64,000 bases of DNA from Candidatus Poribacteria bacterium (GCA_965197475.1 CBDANF010000003.1:1568001-1632000), one strand, 5' to 3'; counted from the first letter of the stretch, positions 38,621 through 50,388 are shown. A program made the numbers and translations. Notes: generated by a model from the letters alone, not told the origin.

Positions 38621-39048
38621 CAGATTCCTCCTATGTTATACCATTTCCAAAGCGGTAGATAATTTTCAGGTTTTAGGAAATCTACGTCCATCTCTGTATC
38701 AATGTTCGTGCCCCAAACTTTGAAGTGCTCTGCCTCATGTTCTCCGATTTGAAGATGTAATTGCCGTTCGTTTTTGTACCATACTGCGGTTACATTGCCG
38801 TCTCCATCACTGGAGATAGATGGCGTATCACACCGATATCCAGCAGAAATAACAGAATCCAACATTGCGTCTATAACCTTTTTCGCATGAATTAGGGTCA
38901 AAACAGTTGGTTTTTGTGAACCGCGTCCATCCCAATTATTTTCCCGTTGTGATAGGATATCAAATTGCTCTGATATTTCACGCTTTTGCTTTTCGACTTG
39001 GGACTTACTGTGTTTATATTGAATAGATTCATAATTCTCAAGGCGCAT
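38620..39048 (-). CDS. Hypothetical protein
   Basis: 142 aa, NWDGRGS.KP motif; coupled to the Uma2 gene. Confidence 0.6.
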   Translation of the reverse strand: MRLENYESIQYKHSKSQVEKQKREISEQFDILSQRENNWDGRGSQKPTVLTLIHAKKVIDAMLDSVISAGYRCDTPSISSDGDGNVTAVWYKNERQLHLQIGEHEAEHFKVWGTNIDTEMDVDFLKPENYLPLWKWYNIGGI

Positions 39049-39252
39049 ATTTCGGACAAACCTCTCGTATACTTGGGAACTATTTTAACATATCACTGAA
39101 AAAATATCAAGAAATTCCTAATTTTCGCAAGGCACAAGGTAAACGCATAACGCACAAAAATGGTGAAAAGCGAAGCGATTTCATTTTCCTTGCAATTGAT
39201 CGCAGATGTGTCTATAATTGATTCAAAGTCATCACCAATAGGAGAAGAAACA

Positions 39253-40704
39253 ATGGACGCCTACATTAACGTAAAAAACTTCGGTCCGATAGAAAAGGCA
39301 GAGATAGACCTGCGTCCGCTGACTGTATTCGTCGGTGAGAGTAACACTGGTAAGACGTATCTCGCCGCTCTTATTTACGCATTACACCAAAATTTTGGGG
39401 GCATCTCACAATTTCCTTGGGCAGGTAGTATTGCTAATTATTATAGTTTTGCTTCCCGTTCAGGAGACAGCTCTTCACAAGATCAGCAGACGGAGTTAGA
39501 ACAAGAAGCGTTTGAGGCACTAGAAAAGTTAAACACGCCTGATCGACCATTTATATTTTCCGATTTACCTCAGCGGACACGCAGCCTGTTGGATTTTATG
39601 CTCACACATCAGGAGGAGTTCTCAAACGAGCTAATACGGTGTTTCGACCATGAATCTGTTTCTAAGCTAATTCGATTCACTGGCAACCAAGACAACGAAA
39701 TGAACGTTTCACTGTCAGTTCGCGAAGGTAATCAAACGTATTGGGGTTTTGAGGTGCAAACCTTAGTGTCCACCGATCCCGCTATAACCGGGCTTATTAA
39801 TCCAGACATGATTCTTCATGATGCAAACGAACCAATGAGTAAAACTGATTTCCGTGGAAAATCCGATATTGAACGTTTATTTCGGACTTTACACACTGAT
39901 CTGTGGCGAACAAGTGCTTCATACTATCTGCCCGCTGCTCGGAGTGGTGTCATGCAAAGCCGCGATATACTTGCGACTGCCCTCATCAAGCGGTCGACTC
40001 GTATAGGTTTGGACCGTTTTGAAGTATCTACATTTTCGGGAATGATAGCGGATTTTCTGGAGCAGATCGTCAGCTACAAGGAACGCAAGGGATCGTCAAG
40101 CAGAATAAGTCGCGTCGCTGAGCAACTGGAGGCGGAGCTGCTGGAGGGCAAAATAGAGGTTAAACGCCCCACACCAGAAGCGTATCCGGAATTTCTGTAC
40201 CGTCCAGATCAGGCGGAAGAGGCATTGCGGATGAGCCACTCCTCGGCGATGGTATCCGAGCTTGCACCTTTAGTCCTCTTTCTGCGAGGTATCGTTAAAC
40301 AGGGTGACTTGATCATTATTGAAGAACCTGAATCTCACCTGCATCCGGGTGCACAAACCAAAATTGCTCAAACCCTTGCTCGTTTAGTCCGAGCCGGTGT
40401 TCGCGTCGTGATTACAACACATAGCAACTGGCTCCTCCAACAAATCAGCAACCTGATTCGCGAAGGTGAATTGCGAAAACAGGGAGAACCCACAAGTGAA
40501 TCTGCAGACTACCTGAAAGCGGAAGAGGTCGGTGCGTGGTGGTTTCATAAGAACGAGCCGGTCAAAGAACTACCGTTTGACCTTATTGAAGGGATAGAAC
40601 CGGAAGATCACTTGGATATAGCGGAGGATCTCTATAACCGTTCGGCAGGACTACAAAATAGAATTGAAGAAAAGAAAGGAGGGGATGCCGTTGAATCTGA
40701 GTAA
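39253..40704 (+). CDS. AAA_15/AAA_21 (AbiEii/OLD-like) ABC-type ATPase
   Basis: NFGPI, GESNTGKT, PAARSG, SSAMVSE, IIEEPESHLHP, TTHS. Confidence 0.88.
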   Translation: MDAYINVKNFGPIEKAEIDLRPLTVFVGESNTGKTYLAALIYALHQNFGGISQFPWAGSIANYYSFASRSGDSSSQDQQTELEQEAFEALEKLNTPDRPFIFSDLPQRTRSLLDFMLTHQEEFSNELIRCFDHESVSKLIRFTGNQDNEMNVSLSVREGNQTYWGFEVQTLVSTDPAITGLINPDMILHDANEPMSKTDFRGKSDIERLFRTLHTDLWRTSASYYLPAARSGVMQSRDILATALIKRSTRIGLDRFEVSTFSGMIADFLEQIVSYKERKGSSSRISRVAEQLEAELLEGKIEVKRPTPEAYPEFLYRPDQAEEALRMSHSSAMVSELAPLVLFLRGIVKQGDLIIIEEPESHLHPGAQTKIAQTLARLVRAGVRVVITTHSNWLLQQISNLIREGELRKQGEPTSESADYLKAEEVGAWWFHKNEPVKELPFDLIEGIEPEDHLDIAEDLYNRSAGLQNRIEEKKGGDAVESE

Positions 40705-41194
40705 AGGGCTTACCCACATTCAAGGGCAGGTGTCCCCAAACAGTATCACTAAAGATTGCGGCGGAGAAGGATGTCAGGTATACCGTACCGGTTTACCCAG
40801 GAAGCGGGTTGTGATAAATGTAGAGAAAGAGTTTGACGCACGCGGAGAGCGCGGAAAACGGGGTGACCGTCTGCTGTTTTACAGGAACGCTGGTAAAAAC
40901 ACCTTCGTCGCGGTTCCAATTGAACTTAAAAGCGGTAAAGCCGATGAATCCGAGGTCCGTGAAAAATTAGAAAACAGTTTGCAACTTGCCGTTACTGTTG
41001 CTCCTGATCGGAAGGGGAGTGGGGAAACCGTCTACGTTCCAGTTCTCTTCCATGGACGCGGTATTAACTGGACGAATCCAAGATGCCGACAACTAACCGT
41101 GAATTCCCAAGGCGAACCTGTACCGGTTCTGATAGGGCGATGTGGTAGAAAAAAGAACCTCGCGAACTTACTCTCCAAGGCAGGTTATCTCTAA
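40691..41194 (+). CDS. Hypothetical protein with a PD-(D/E)xK-like motif, overlapping the ATPase gene
   Basis: KRGDRLLF...PIELKSG; 14-bp overlap. Confidence 0.6.
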   Translation: MNLSKGLTHIQGQVSPNSITKDCGGEGCQVYRTGLPRKRVVINVEKEFDARGERGKRGDRLLFYRNAGKNTFVAVPIELKSGKADESEVREKLENSLQLAVTVAPDRKGSGETVYVPVLFHGRGINWTNPRCRQLTVNSQGEPVPVLIGRCGRKKNLANLLSKAGYL

Positions 41195-41338
41195 TCTTAA
41201 TTCAATCTAACCGACTCGTAACTGAACAACTATGGTAGATGTCAGAATTACTTGGACACTCTACACCGGTACCCCTTCCCAGTAACGGGTGGGACCGGTT
41301 AAGAAATCTTGCATACCAGAGAATTGGAAGGAGTGCGA

Positions 41339-41746
41339 TTACAAATTACTCGCAACCTTAATACGATTCTGTGCACGCGCAAGTGCCGCTTCAGCACGCG
41401 GGCGGTTCAAATCTGGGGCATCTGCGGCGAGTTGTTCTTTGGCACGTTCAAGTGCACTTTCGGCACGCGACACGTCAATATCCGATGCCCATTCTGCTGT
41501 CTCAACTAATGCGGTGACACCAGTGCGTAGCACTTCAAAAACCCCACCGCTTGTCGCCATTGATCGTGGTGTTTCCGATTCGCTGATACGGATTTCACCG
41601 ACATCTAATGCCGTAAGGAAAGGGATGTGTCCCGCCAGAATCTGAAAGTTGCCCTCAACGCCCGGCGCGCCAACGCTTGTCACATCACCTTCATAAATCA
41701 ATTTTTCCGGTGTTCGTATTTCAAGGTGAAAACTTCTATTTTGCAT
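41339..41746 (-). CDS. atpC: ATP synthase epsilon subunit
   Basis: LEIRTPE, ILAGHIP, AEWASDIDVSRA; last gene of the operon. Confidence 0.95.
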   Translation of the reverse strand: MQNRSFHLEIRTPEKLIYEGDVTSVGAPGVEGNFQILAGHIPFLTALDVGEIRISESETPRSMATSGGVFEVLRTGVTALVETAEWASDIDVSRAESALERAKEQLAADAPDLNRPRAEAALARAQNRIKVASNL

Positions 41747-41770
41747 ATCTATGTTGTTTTAATGATTTCC

Positions 41771-41975
41771 AGCACTCCAGAGGAGTACTATGTCTATAGA
41801 AAACGTGATCTCAAGTTCTTGCACTCCGTAGGAGTGCTATGTGTGGTGAAACCATATACCGCTCCTACGGAGCGGGAGTGTTAATTAGATGTATGCTATA
41901 GACATATTGCTCCTACGGAGCAAAGGTATGTGTTTTGGGTCTATGTTGGGTTTCGCAAGCTCTACCCAACCTACG
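41771..41975. repeat. REP-like palindrome cluster between atpD and atpC
   Basis: GCACTCCGTAGGAGTGC and GCTCCTACGGAGC units, plus GTTGGGTTTCGCAAGCTCTACCCAACCTAC; related to 56202-56358. Confidence 0.75.
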
Positions 41976-41987
41976 AACTACTAACCA

Positions 41988-43430
<1,443 letters not shown>

Positions 43431-43485
43431 TTACAATCGCGCTGCTGACGAATCGCGAATTGAGGTTGCTTTCACAAGAGAATTG

Positions 43486-44364
43486 TTAACCTTCCAATGC
43501 GGCTGCGCCACTGACGATTTCCGAAATTTCCGTTGTAATCTGCGTTTGGCGTGCCCTATTGCGTTGGAGCACTAATTCGTCAATGAGTTCTTTTGCTTTC
43601 TGTGTGGCGTTTTCCATCGCAGCCATCCGTGCTGCTTGTTCTGCCGCGTTTGAGTCTAAAAGCACCTTCCACATTTGCATGTTCAGATGTTTGCCGAGCA
43701 GCATTTCAAAGAGTTCCGCCTGTCCCGGTTCATAGATATAATCTAAAAAAAGTGTATCGCCTTCTGGTGCCTCAGGTACAAGTGGGAGAAGTTGCTCAAC
43801 AAGCACGGTCTGTAGGATTGCGGATTTGAAATTGTTATAGATAACCTCAACCTTGTCAATCTTTTTGTCAACATAGAGATGTTCAAACTCGTGAACAACA
43901 TCAACAGCCGTCTGGAATTGGAGTTGGCGGAAGATATTGATGTATGCATCTGTAATGTCGTATCCACGGCGTGCAAAATGCTCTTGCCCTCGTTTGCCGA
44001 TGCAGATAAGCGTTACGTCCGCGCCACTTTCTTGGTAATGTTGTATCTGTTGTGTAGTTGTGCGGATAACATTGCTATTGAAACTACCGCATAAACCACG
44101 GTCACTAGAAACGGAGATAATACAGACATGTTTGATCTCACGGGTTTCCAGTAGCGGATGTGTCAAAGCCTGTTCCTCAGTGTCCATCTGTGAGATTAGA
44201 TGTCCGAGGATAGCGTTGAGTTTGTCCGCATACGGACGCGTGGCAGTTATATTTTCTTGCGCACGACGTAGCCGTGCTGCGGCAACGACGCGCATCGCAT
44301 CGGTTACCTGCTCAATGTTTTTAATACTGGCGATACGGCGTCGTATTTCTCGTAACGTTGCCAT
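43486..44364 (-). CDS. atpG: ATP synthase gamma subunit
   Basis: SDRGLCGSFN, ARMAAMENAT, RQTQITTEISEIVSGA. Confidence 0.97.
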   Translation of the reverse strand: MATLREIRRRIASIKNIEQVTDAMRVVAAARLRRAQENITATRPYADKLNAILGHLISQMDTEEQALTHPLLETREIKHVCIISVSSDRGLCGSFNSNVIRTTTQQIQHYQESGADVTLICIGKRGQEHFARRGYDITDAYINIFRQLQFQTAVDVVHEFEHLYVDKKIDKVEVIYNNFKSAILQTVLVEQLLPLVPEAPEGDTLFLDYIYEPGQAELFEMLLGKHLNMQMWKVLLDSNAAEQAARMAAMENATQKAKELIDELVLQRNRARQTQITTEISEIVSGAAALEG

Positions 44365-44366
44365 GG

Positions 44367-45968
44367 TTATTCACCTTGAGTTAGGGCTTCCTCTGCGGAG
44401 GAGTCTTCCGATGGCACAGCCGCAATTTGCGACTGTGGTGCAGGCGGTGTATCACTCCAATTTTCCTTGAATGCCTTGACAGCAGCGTGCATTGTTTCAA
44501 GCAATTCATCACCCAGCAGACCGGTTTCTGCGATTTCGGAGAGGAGTTCCGCATGATTTCTGTCAAGGTATTGCAGAAATTCAGATTCAAACCGCGCAAC
44601 TTCTGATTCAGGAACTTCGTCTAAGTAACCGTTTGTGCCACAGAAGATAGAGGCGACTTCCCGTTCAACAGGCATCGGTTGATATTGCGGTTGTTTCAGC
44701 AATTCCACGAGCCGCGTGCCACGAAGGAGCAAAGATTGTGTTGATGCATCCAGATCAGAACCGAATTGTGCAAAGGCAGCAACTTCTCTGAAACTTGCGA
44801 GATCAAGTTTCAGCGTGCCTGCAACCTCATCCGATTTCATCGCTTTAACTTGCGCATCGCCTCCGACACGAGAGACGGATGTACCGACATCAATTGCGGG
44901 TCTCACACCTTGGTTAAATAGATCCGTTGTGAGGTATATCTGCCCATCGGTAATAGAAATAACGTTTGTTGGGATATAAGTTGTTAAGTCGCCTTCAAAG
45001 ATTTCAATAATCGGTAGTGCGGTAAGGGAACCGCCACCCAATTCATCGCTGAGTTTTGCTGCGCGCTCTAACAGGCGTGAGTGTAGATAGAATACATCGC
45101 CGGGATACGCTTCACGCCCTGGAGGTCTGCGTGAAAGCAGAGACATTTGTCGGTATGCCCATGCGTGTTTTGTTAGGTCATCATAGATAATCAGCGCGTG
45201 CTTACCGTTAGAACTGAAGTATTCACCCATTGAAGTGCCAGAGTAGGGAGCGAGATATTGCAGCGGTGACGGTGCACTCGCGGAGGCAGAAACGATGATG
45301 GTATATTCCAATGCGTTGTGTTCACGAAGGGTATTTGCCACTTGTGCCAAAGTTGAACCTTTTTGACCGATAGCGACATAGATGCAGTAGACATCTGTGT
45401 TCTTTTGGCTCAGAATAGCATCTATTGCGATTGCAGTTTTGCCAGTTCGGCGGTCACCAATGATAAGTTCGCGCTGCCCTCTTCCGATCGGTGTTAAACT
45501 ATCAATAGCTTTCAAACCTGTGTAAAGAGGTTCGTTAACGGGTTGTCGTTGAACAATGCCTAACCCTTTCTGTTCCACGGGGAGTCGGTGTTCTGTATGA
45601 ATGTCTCCCAAACCATCAATAGGATTCCCAAGTGCGTCAACGATCCGTCCGAGGAGTGCATCACCGACAGGCACTTCAGGCAGTCTGCCTGTGCGTTTAA
45701 CGGTATCGCCTTCATGTATAAGTTGGTCTTCGCCAAACAACACACAACCGACGTTGTCTTCTTCAAGGTTAAAAGCGATGCCGTAAACATCGTTCGGGAA
45801 TTCAATCATTTCGCTTGCCATTGCATTGGCAAGCCCATGCACCCGCGCGATACCATCGCCTACCTCCAGCACAGTGCCGGAGTCATAGACATCCACGTCC
45901 TGTTCAAACTGTTGCAGCTGCTGTTTTAGTATATTCGATATTTCGTCCGGTCGGACTTCTCTTGCCAT
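44367..45968 (-). CDS. atpA: ATP synthase alpha subunit
   Basis: [38 protein letters not shown]; likely ATG at 45968. Confidence 0.98.
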   Translation of the reverse strand: MAREVRPDEISNILKQQLQQFEQDVDVYDSGTVLEVGDGIARVHGLANAMASEMIEFPNDVYGIAFNLEEDNVGCVLFGEDQLIHEGDTVKRTGRLPEVPVGDALLGRIVDALGNPIDGLGDIHTEHRLPVEQKGLGIVQRQPVNEPLYTGLKAIDSLTPIGRGQRELIIGDRRTGKTAIAIDAILSQKNTDVYCIYVAIGQKGSTLAQVANTLREHNALEYTIIVSASASAPSPLQYLAPYSGTSMGEYFSSNGKHALIIYDDLTKHAWAYRQMSLLSRRPPGREAYPGDVFYLHSRLLERAAKLSDELGGGSLTALPIIEIFEGDLTTYIPTNVISITDGQIYLTTDLFNQGVRPAIDVGTSVSRVGGDAQVKAMKSDEVAGTLKLDLASFREVAAFAQFGSDLDASTQSLLLRGTRLVELLKQPQYQPMPVEREVASIFCGTNGYLDEVPESEVARFESEFLQYLDRNHAELLSEIAETGLLGDELLETMHAAVKAFKENWSDTPPAPQSQIAAVPSEDSSAEEALTQGE

Positions 45969-46086
45969 ATTTTCGATCCTCTGCGGAGTCGCAATTGTCT
46001 TCAATTAGATGGGAAACCTGCGAAATTCGGGGTAGCCACTCCTACTAATAGATGTGTGGTGGTGTATTCTATACCGTGCAGCCAAT

Positions 46087-46626
46087 TTAACCTTTTGCGA
46101 GTTGACGTTTCAAACGTTGGAGTTGTGCCGTGACGCTTGCATCAAAAACGGTGTCGCCTAACTGCACAATAAACCCACCCTGAATCTGTTCATCGGTTTC
46201 GGTTTCCAACTGTACCTGTTTTCCCGAATATGTGCTTAATTGCTGGACAAGTCGTTGCTCTTGGTTTTGTGTAATCGGCACAGCTGTTGTCACTTTTGCG
46301 ATAATCCTGCCCGCAGCTTCATCAGCAATCGCTGAAAAAACATCCATTATTGCGACAAGATAACGTTCGCGTTGCTTTAATGCAAGAAGTTTGAGGAAAT
46401 TAATCATCAGCGGATGCATTCCATCGGTAAAAAGCTGCTGAAACGTGTCGCTTTTAAATTGTGGGGACAGCAGAGGGCTGTTGAGAAATAGCGTGAATTC
46501 CTCAGACTGTTCAATCAACTCCCGCAGCTTCTCAATATCAGCGGCAATAGATTCTAAAACACTCTGTTCGCCAGCCGCTTCGTATAACGCGCGAGCATAA
46601 GGTTTTGCGACCCGAATGTCTCTCAT
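46087..46626 (-). CDS. atpH: ATP synthase delta subunit
   Basis: AKPYARAL, GGFIVQLGDTVFDASV. Confidence 0.95.
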   Translation of the reverse strand: MRDIRVAKPYARALYEAAGEQSVLESIAADIEKLRELIEQSEEFTLFLNSPLLSPQFKSDTFQQLFTDGMHPLMINFLKLLALKQRERYLVAIMDVFSAIADEAAGRIIAKVTTAVPITQNQEQRLVQQLSTYSGKQVQLETETDEQIQGGFIVQLGDTVFDASVTAQLQRLKRQLAKG

Positions 46627-46673
46627 TGTCCGTTTTCACCTATGAAATAATTTGGATGTCTAAAAGGTAAAAT

Positions 46674-47267
46674 CTACTGACTTGAATCCGCTGACAACCT
46701 GTTAATAGAGGCATCAATAATATTTTGGTGTCTCTCAGGGGTCAGTTCCGCACTGATAATTTTGCTGGCTGCATCAATCGCGAGTTCAGCAACAACGCCA
46801 CGCAGTTCTGATATAGCCTCGTCTTTTTCGCGCTGAATTTCAGTACGTGCTCTTGCGATCTCATCTTCAGACTCTTGTCGCGCTTGTGCAATGATTTGCT
46901 GACGTTCTGTGTTCCCTTGATCAATGGCGGCTTGGATTTTGGCTTGCGACTCGTTTTCAATATCGCCTAAACGTTGTCGTGTTTCAGCGGTGAGTCGGTC
47001 CAATTCTTCTCGGTCAGTCTTCAATTGTTCCAACTGGGTCGTTATTTCAGTTCGACGTTCGTCTAAAAGTCCACCGACTTTACCAAAGACAAACTTCCAT
47101 AGGATGGCAAGCACGACGAGAAAGCCGATGACTTGGACAACAATCGTCTTGGGATCAATCCCAAGCAATCCTAAAAGTCCACTTTCAGCGGGAGCATCCG
47201 CGGCGAATACACTGGTGATACATATTCCCATTAAAATGAGACAACATGCATATATCTTTTTTCTCAT
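46674..47267 (-). CDS. atpF: ATP synthase subunit b with a signal-peptide-like N-terminus
   Basis: TM helix QVIGFLVVLAILWKF, LDERR, coiled coil; likely ATG at 47267. Confidence 0.92.
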   Translation of the reverse strand: MRKKIYACCLILMGICITSVFAADAPAESGLLGLLGIDPKTIVVQVIGFLVVLAILWKFVFGKVGGLLDERRTEITTQLEQLKTDREELDRLTAETRQRLGDIENESQAKIQAAIDQGNTERQQIIAQARQESEDEIARARTEIQREKDEAISELRGVVAELAIDAASKIISAELTPERHQNIIDASINRLSADSSQ

Positions 47268-47349
47268 AAGTTTCTTGGACTCGCTAATAGGTCCCCAACT
47301 TTTTTGGGGCATTTCTTTTTTCCATGCCCCAATTTGTTGGAGGTTGCAT

Positions 47350-47697
47350 TTATTGGTTTTCGCCTGCATCTTCCATTTCGACACCGTTTGCGGCGTTTTC
47401 CTGCACCTGTTCAATCTGAGCTTTTCCAGCTTCGGCATCAAACAATCCTCTCAGCATTTCATCTGCAGGAAGTTTTGCCTGCAACATTAAGAACATTAAA
47501 AGTGCATAAATAACAAGCGATTCGATGAGAGCCAAACCGATAATCATCGCGGTTTGTATTTTCGCAGCTGACTCAGGTTGACGCGCAATTCCTTCAAGAG
47601 CAGTACTTGTTGCCTTTCCTTGCGCCGTTGAGGCAAAAATAACAGCGATCGGCAACCCTAAGGTTACACCAAACGCTAACACTGCTAAATAAATCAT
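47350..47697 (-). CDS. atpE: ATP synthase subunit c with an acidic C-terminal extension
   Basis: EGIARQPE loop and LALIESLVIY carboxylate; 115 aa. Confidence 0.95.
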   Translation of the reverse strand: MIYLAVLAFGVTLGLPIAVIFASTAQGKATSTALEGIARQPESAAKIQTAMIIGLALIESLVIYALLMFLMLQAKLPADEMLRGLFDAEAGKAQIEQVQENAANGVEMEDAGENQ

Positions 47698-47747
47698 GAA
47701 ATGTCCTCCTTGGACAGATAGGGCAAGTTAACACTTGACCCACAGAA

Positions 47748-48635
47748 TTAATGATGCGCTTCATGCGCTTCTTCGTCGTGTTCTATAAACAGCACGATAT
47801 AGATAGACGTTAAGATAGTAAAAACGAATGCCTGCAGAAAACCACCGAACAACCCAAAGAACATCATTGGAACTTGAACTGGTATCGGTAGAAAGAAAGA
47901 ACCGGCAATCGTGATGATACCAAGACCTGTAAGTTGAATAATAACTGATTCTTCCCCGAAGATATTACCGAAAAGGCGTACAGCAAGCGAACCAGCACGC
48001 GATAGCTGTGTGATGACTTCAAGCGGAAACATCAAAACACCTAACCACGGTGGGTTGCCCATAAGATGCTTAAGATATCCGCCGATTCCGTTCTCTTTAA
48101 TAGCGATGATTTGAACGCCCAACACGGCTGTTATGCCGAGGGCGATTGTTGTATTCAAATCTGCTGTAGGGGCTTGAAAACCTGGGATGAGTCCGAGATA
48201 GTTCAGGGAGAGAATAAAGATGAAAAAAGAACCAACAAAGGGAACATATTTTTTGCCGTGTTCGCCGAGGATGCCCCCAAAGAAATCAATTATACCCCCT
48301 ACTATAAGCTCTAATAAGGTTTGACCTTTTCCTTCGGGGATCCGTTTCAATTTGCTTGTGGCAAAAATGAAAAGAACGGCTAAAACAAGGACTGCAAAAA
48401 ATGTATTTGGAATCAGGTCCGGTTGATGCCACTTACTTGGTTCTGGAATGATGTTATTCGGTAACAACTGTGAAATCGGAGAGAGCCAAGAACGGTGGCT
48501 ATGGTCATCGGAATGTGCCTCATCATGCGCATCGGCATGGGTTTCCGTTGAGGGGGCATCCTCAGCTGCGAAAGTTCCGGTCCCCGCTACGAAACAGAGT
48601 CCGATAACCAAACAGATAAACGATATTTTTTTCAT
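47748..48635 (-). CDS. atpB: ATP synthase subunit a
   Basis: SLAVRLFGNI, LQAFVFTILTSIY; His-rich termini. Confidence 0.95.
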   Translation of the reverse strand: MKKISFICLVIGLCFVAGTGTFAAEDAPSTETHADAHDEAHSDDHSHRSWLSPISQLLPNNIIPEPSKWHQPDLIPNTFFAVLVLAVLFIFATSKLKRIPEGKGQTLLELIVGGIIDFFGGILGEHGKKYVPFVGSFFIFILSLNYLGLIPGFQAPTADLNTTIALGITAVLGVQIIAIKENGIGGYLKHLMGNPPWLGVLMFPLEVITQLSRAGSLAVRLFGNIFGEESVIIQLTGLGIITIAGSFFLPIPVQVPMMFFGLFGGFLQAFVFTILTSIYIVLFIEHDEEAHEAHH

Positions 48636-48707
48636 ATTTTGTTGTTAATGTCTTTTAAATGTAAAATTATTTCACTTCCCACTTCAAAGTAAACTTTTAG
48701 GTTTCTC

Positions 48708-49115
48708 TTAAGGTTGATCAGGGTCTTTTTTTCTAAGAATAGTTATCATCAAACCGATTGCTTTGAGAATGATTGCACCTTGTACTAAAACAATTCCCCC
48801 GCCGAACGCGTAAATATCCATCCACTTCATTTTAAACAAGAAATAGAGCAGCACACCAAGCACTGTATATTTGCCGAGTGCGATGAAACCGAGCAAATAC
48901 TTTGTTCGCTGCGTTTTTCCCGGACGAATCAGTCTTCGAATCACGAATTCGATTGACCAGAATAGACTAAGACCAATAACACTACCGATCAGAAAACTGG
49001 GAAGTGCGATACGTTTGAAGCCTAACAACACTGCGCCAATCACAACAGTAAGGCAAATTGTTAAGATATAAACTTGTCGAATAAACCGGTCACCAAATTC
49101 AAGTGTGGGACCCAT
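48708..49115 (-). CDS. atpI: ATP synthase protein I
   Basis: Four TM helices, immediately upstream of atpB. Confidence 0.75.
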   Translation of the reverse strand: MGPTLEFGDRFIRQVYILTICLTVVIGAVLLGFKRIALPSFLIGSVIGLSLFWSIEFVIRRLIRPGKTQRTKYLLGFIALGKYTVLGVLLYFLFKMKWMDIYAFGGGIVLVQGAIILKAIGLMITILRKKDPDQP

Positions 49116-49234
49116 TTAAGTAGATGACTCCTTTGTCAAAGTAACGGCGAATCGTTAACGTATAATTGTGGATGTGTCATTAAGTCACGACTTCATGACG
49201 TTTTGCATCAGAAAAACGATACGCATTAACGTAT

Positions 49235-49846
49235 TTACTTATCTGGAACACGTGCAATTAAACAATCTTCCATTTCTATGATGAATGAAAAACCCTTTAC
49301 CGTGCCTATTACCAAAACATCGTCACCTTTTTTTAGCTGAGCGAGCAAAGGACGCTGATCTGGATGCATCTCACAAGTGAGACTCTTCATAAAAACTTCC
49401 GTTTTCAAATTGATTGAGGCTATTCCAAACATATCTGAAAAATTACTAATCTCACCCCGCACTAATATAAGTTTCCCTTTATACTTTTTATCTGCTGCGA
49501 ATTCATTGTTATCATAATCTTGCGCTAAAACTGTTGCATGCACCTTATGAGCAACTTTTTCCATCGCAACTTCGAACGCTGATTTTTGGGGTGGTGGGGG
49601 TGATGGTTCAGGCGAAACTTCATTAAGCTTTTCTTCCCACGTGGAAATATCAATTTTCGATTTTGGCTTAGGAGGTCGTTCTCCTGCGGGTTCTATTATA
49701 GATCCATCTTCCTCCGATTTTTCTTCAACTGGCACATCAGGCAAAACACCTGCCAACTCCAAAATAATGAAAAGCAAAAAGATGCCGACAAAGAAACCAC
49801 CAACCGTCAAACAGCCGATTTTCAATACTTTTTTCATATCATTCAC
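49235..49846 (-). CDS. Membrane-anchored tRNA_anti-like OB-fold protein
   Basis: YDNNEFAADKKYKGKLI.V.G, LKKGD.V.V.G...C. Confidence 0.75.
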   Translation of the reverse strand: MNDMKKVLKIGCLTVGGFFVGIFLLFIILELAGVLPDVPVEEKSEEDGSIIEPAGERPPKPKSKIDISTWEEKLNEVSPEPSPPPPQKSAFEVAMEKVAHKVHATVLAQDYDNNEFAADKKYKGKLILVRGEISNFSDMFGIASINLKTEVFMKSLTCEMHPDQRPLLAQLKKGDDVLVIGTVKGFSFIIEMEDCLIARVPDK

Positions 49847-49870
49847 CGCTATTGCAAAATGGGTCGCTAT

Positions 49871-50236
49871 TTAATCCCATAAGGTTTTAACAGCAATTTC
49901 TAATTGTTGTTCCACCTTCACCCAGTCATCCCACTTCTGATCTTTAGCGAGTTCTAACACCTTCTGCTTGGCGAATTCAACTTGCTCTTTCACCTTGGCT
50001 TTGTCAATTTCGGGTTCATATTTTACAAATACCTTGATTGCATTCTTGTCAGGAACCTCAAAAAATGCGACCACAACCGGCCCTCTGGTCACAGAATAAA
50101 GAGCATTTAACTTAAGTGCTAACCACTCCAGGCGCGTCGGTTGATAAAGCTGCTTTCCTTCCAATACGGACTCTGCAGCAGATGTTTTTGTTATCTGTGG
50201 TGCGGCATCAATCTGTCCTTCAGATCTTTTGAGCAT
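49871..50236 (-). CDS. Hypothetical protein
   Basis: AAGGAG RBS before ATG 50236; YQPTRLEWLAL motif. Confidence 0.6.
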   Translation of the reverse strand: MLKRSEGQIDAAPQITKTSAAESVLEGKQLYQPTRLEWLALKLNALYSVTRGPVVVAFFEVPDKNAIKVFVKYEPEIDKAKVKEQVEFAKQKVLELAKDQKWDDWVKVEQQLEIAVKTLWD

Positions 50237-50388
50237 GTTTTCTCCTTTGTGAGTGAATATTGGTAAATATTCATTTGTTACTATTATTAATGTCTTCGGC
50301 GGTGAGGGACACGAACTTGGTAACATTTACCACGCCTTCGCTTTCCATTTCGTATTGGAATTCAGTTGATTCTCGAAAGTATCAGAGA

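Noticed and set aside
46674-47441. 255-aa atpF overlapping atpE
   Set aside because: The upstream TTG start lies inside atpE; ATG 47267 gives a coherent N-terminus.
47350-47697. Firm call of a Na+-coupled ATP synthase or N-ATPase
   Set aside because: The signature is incomplete (ESL, not EST), and gene order with atpH is the standard F-type layout.
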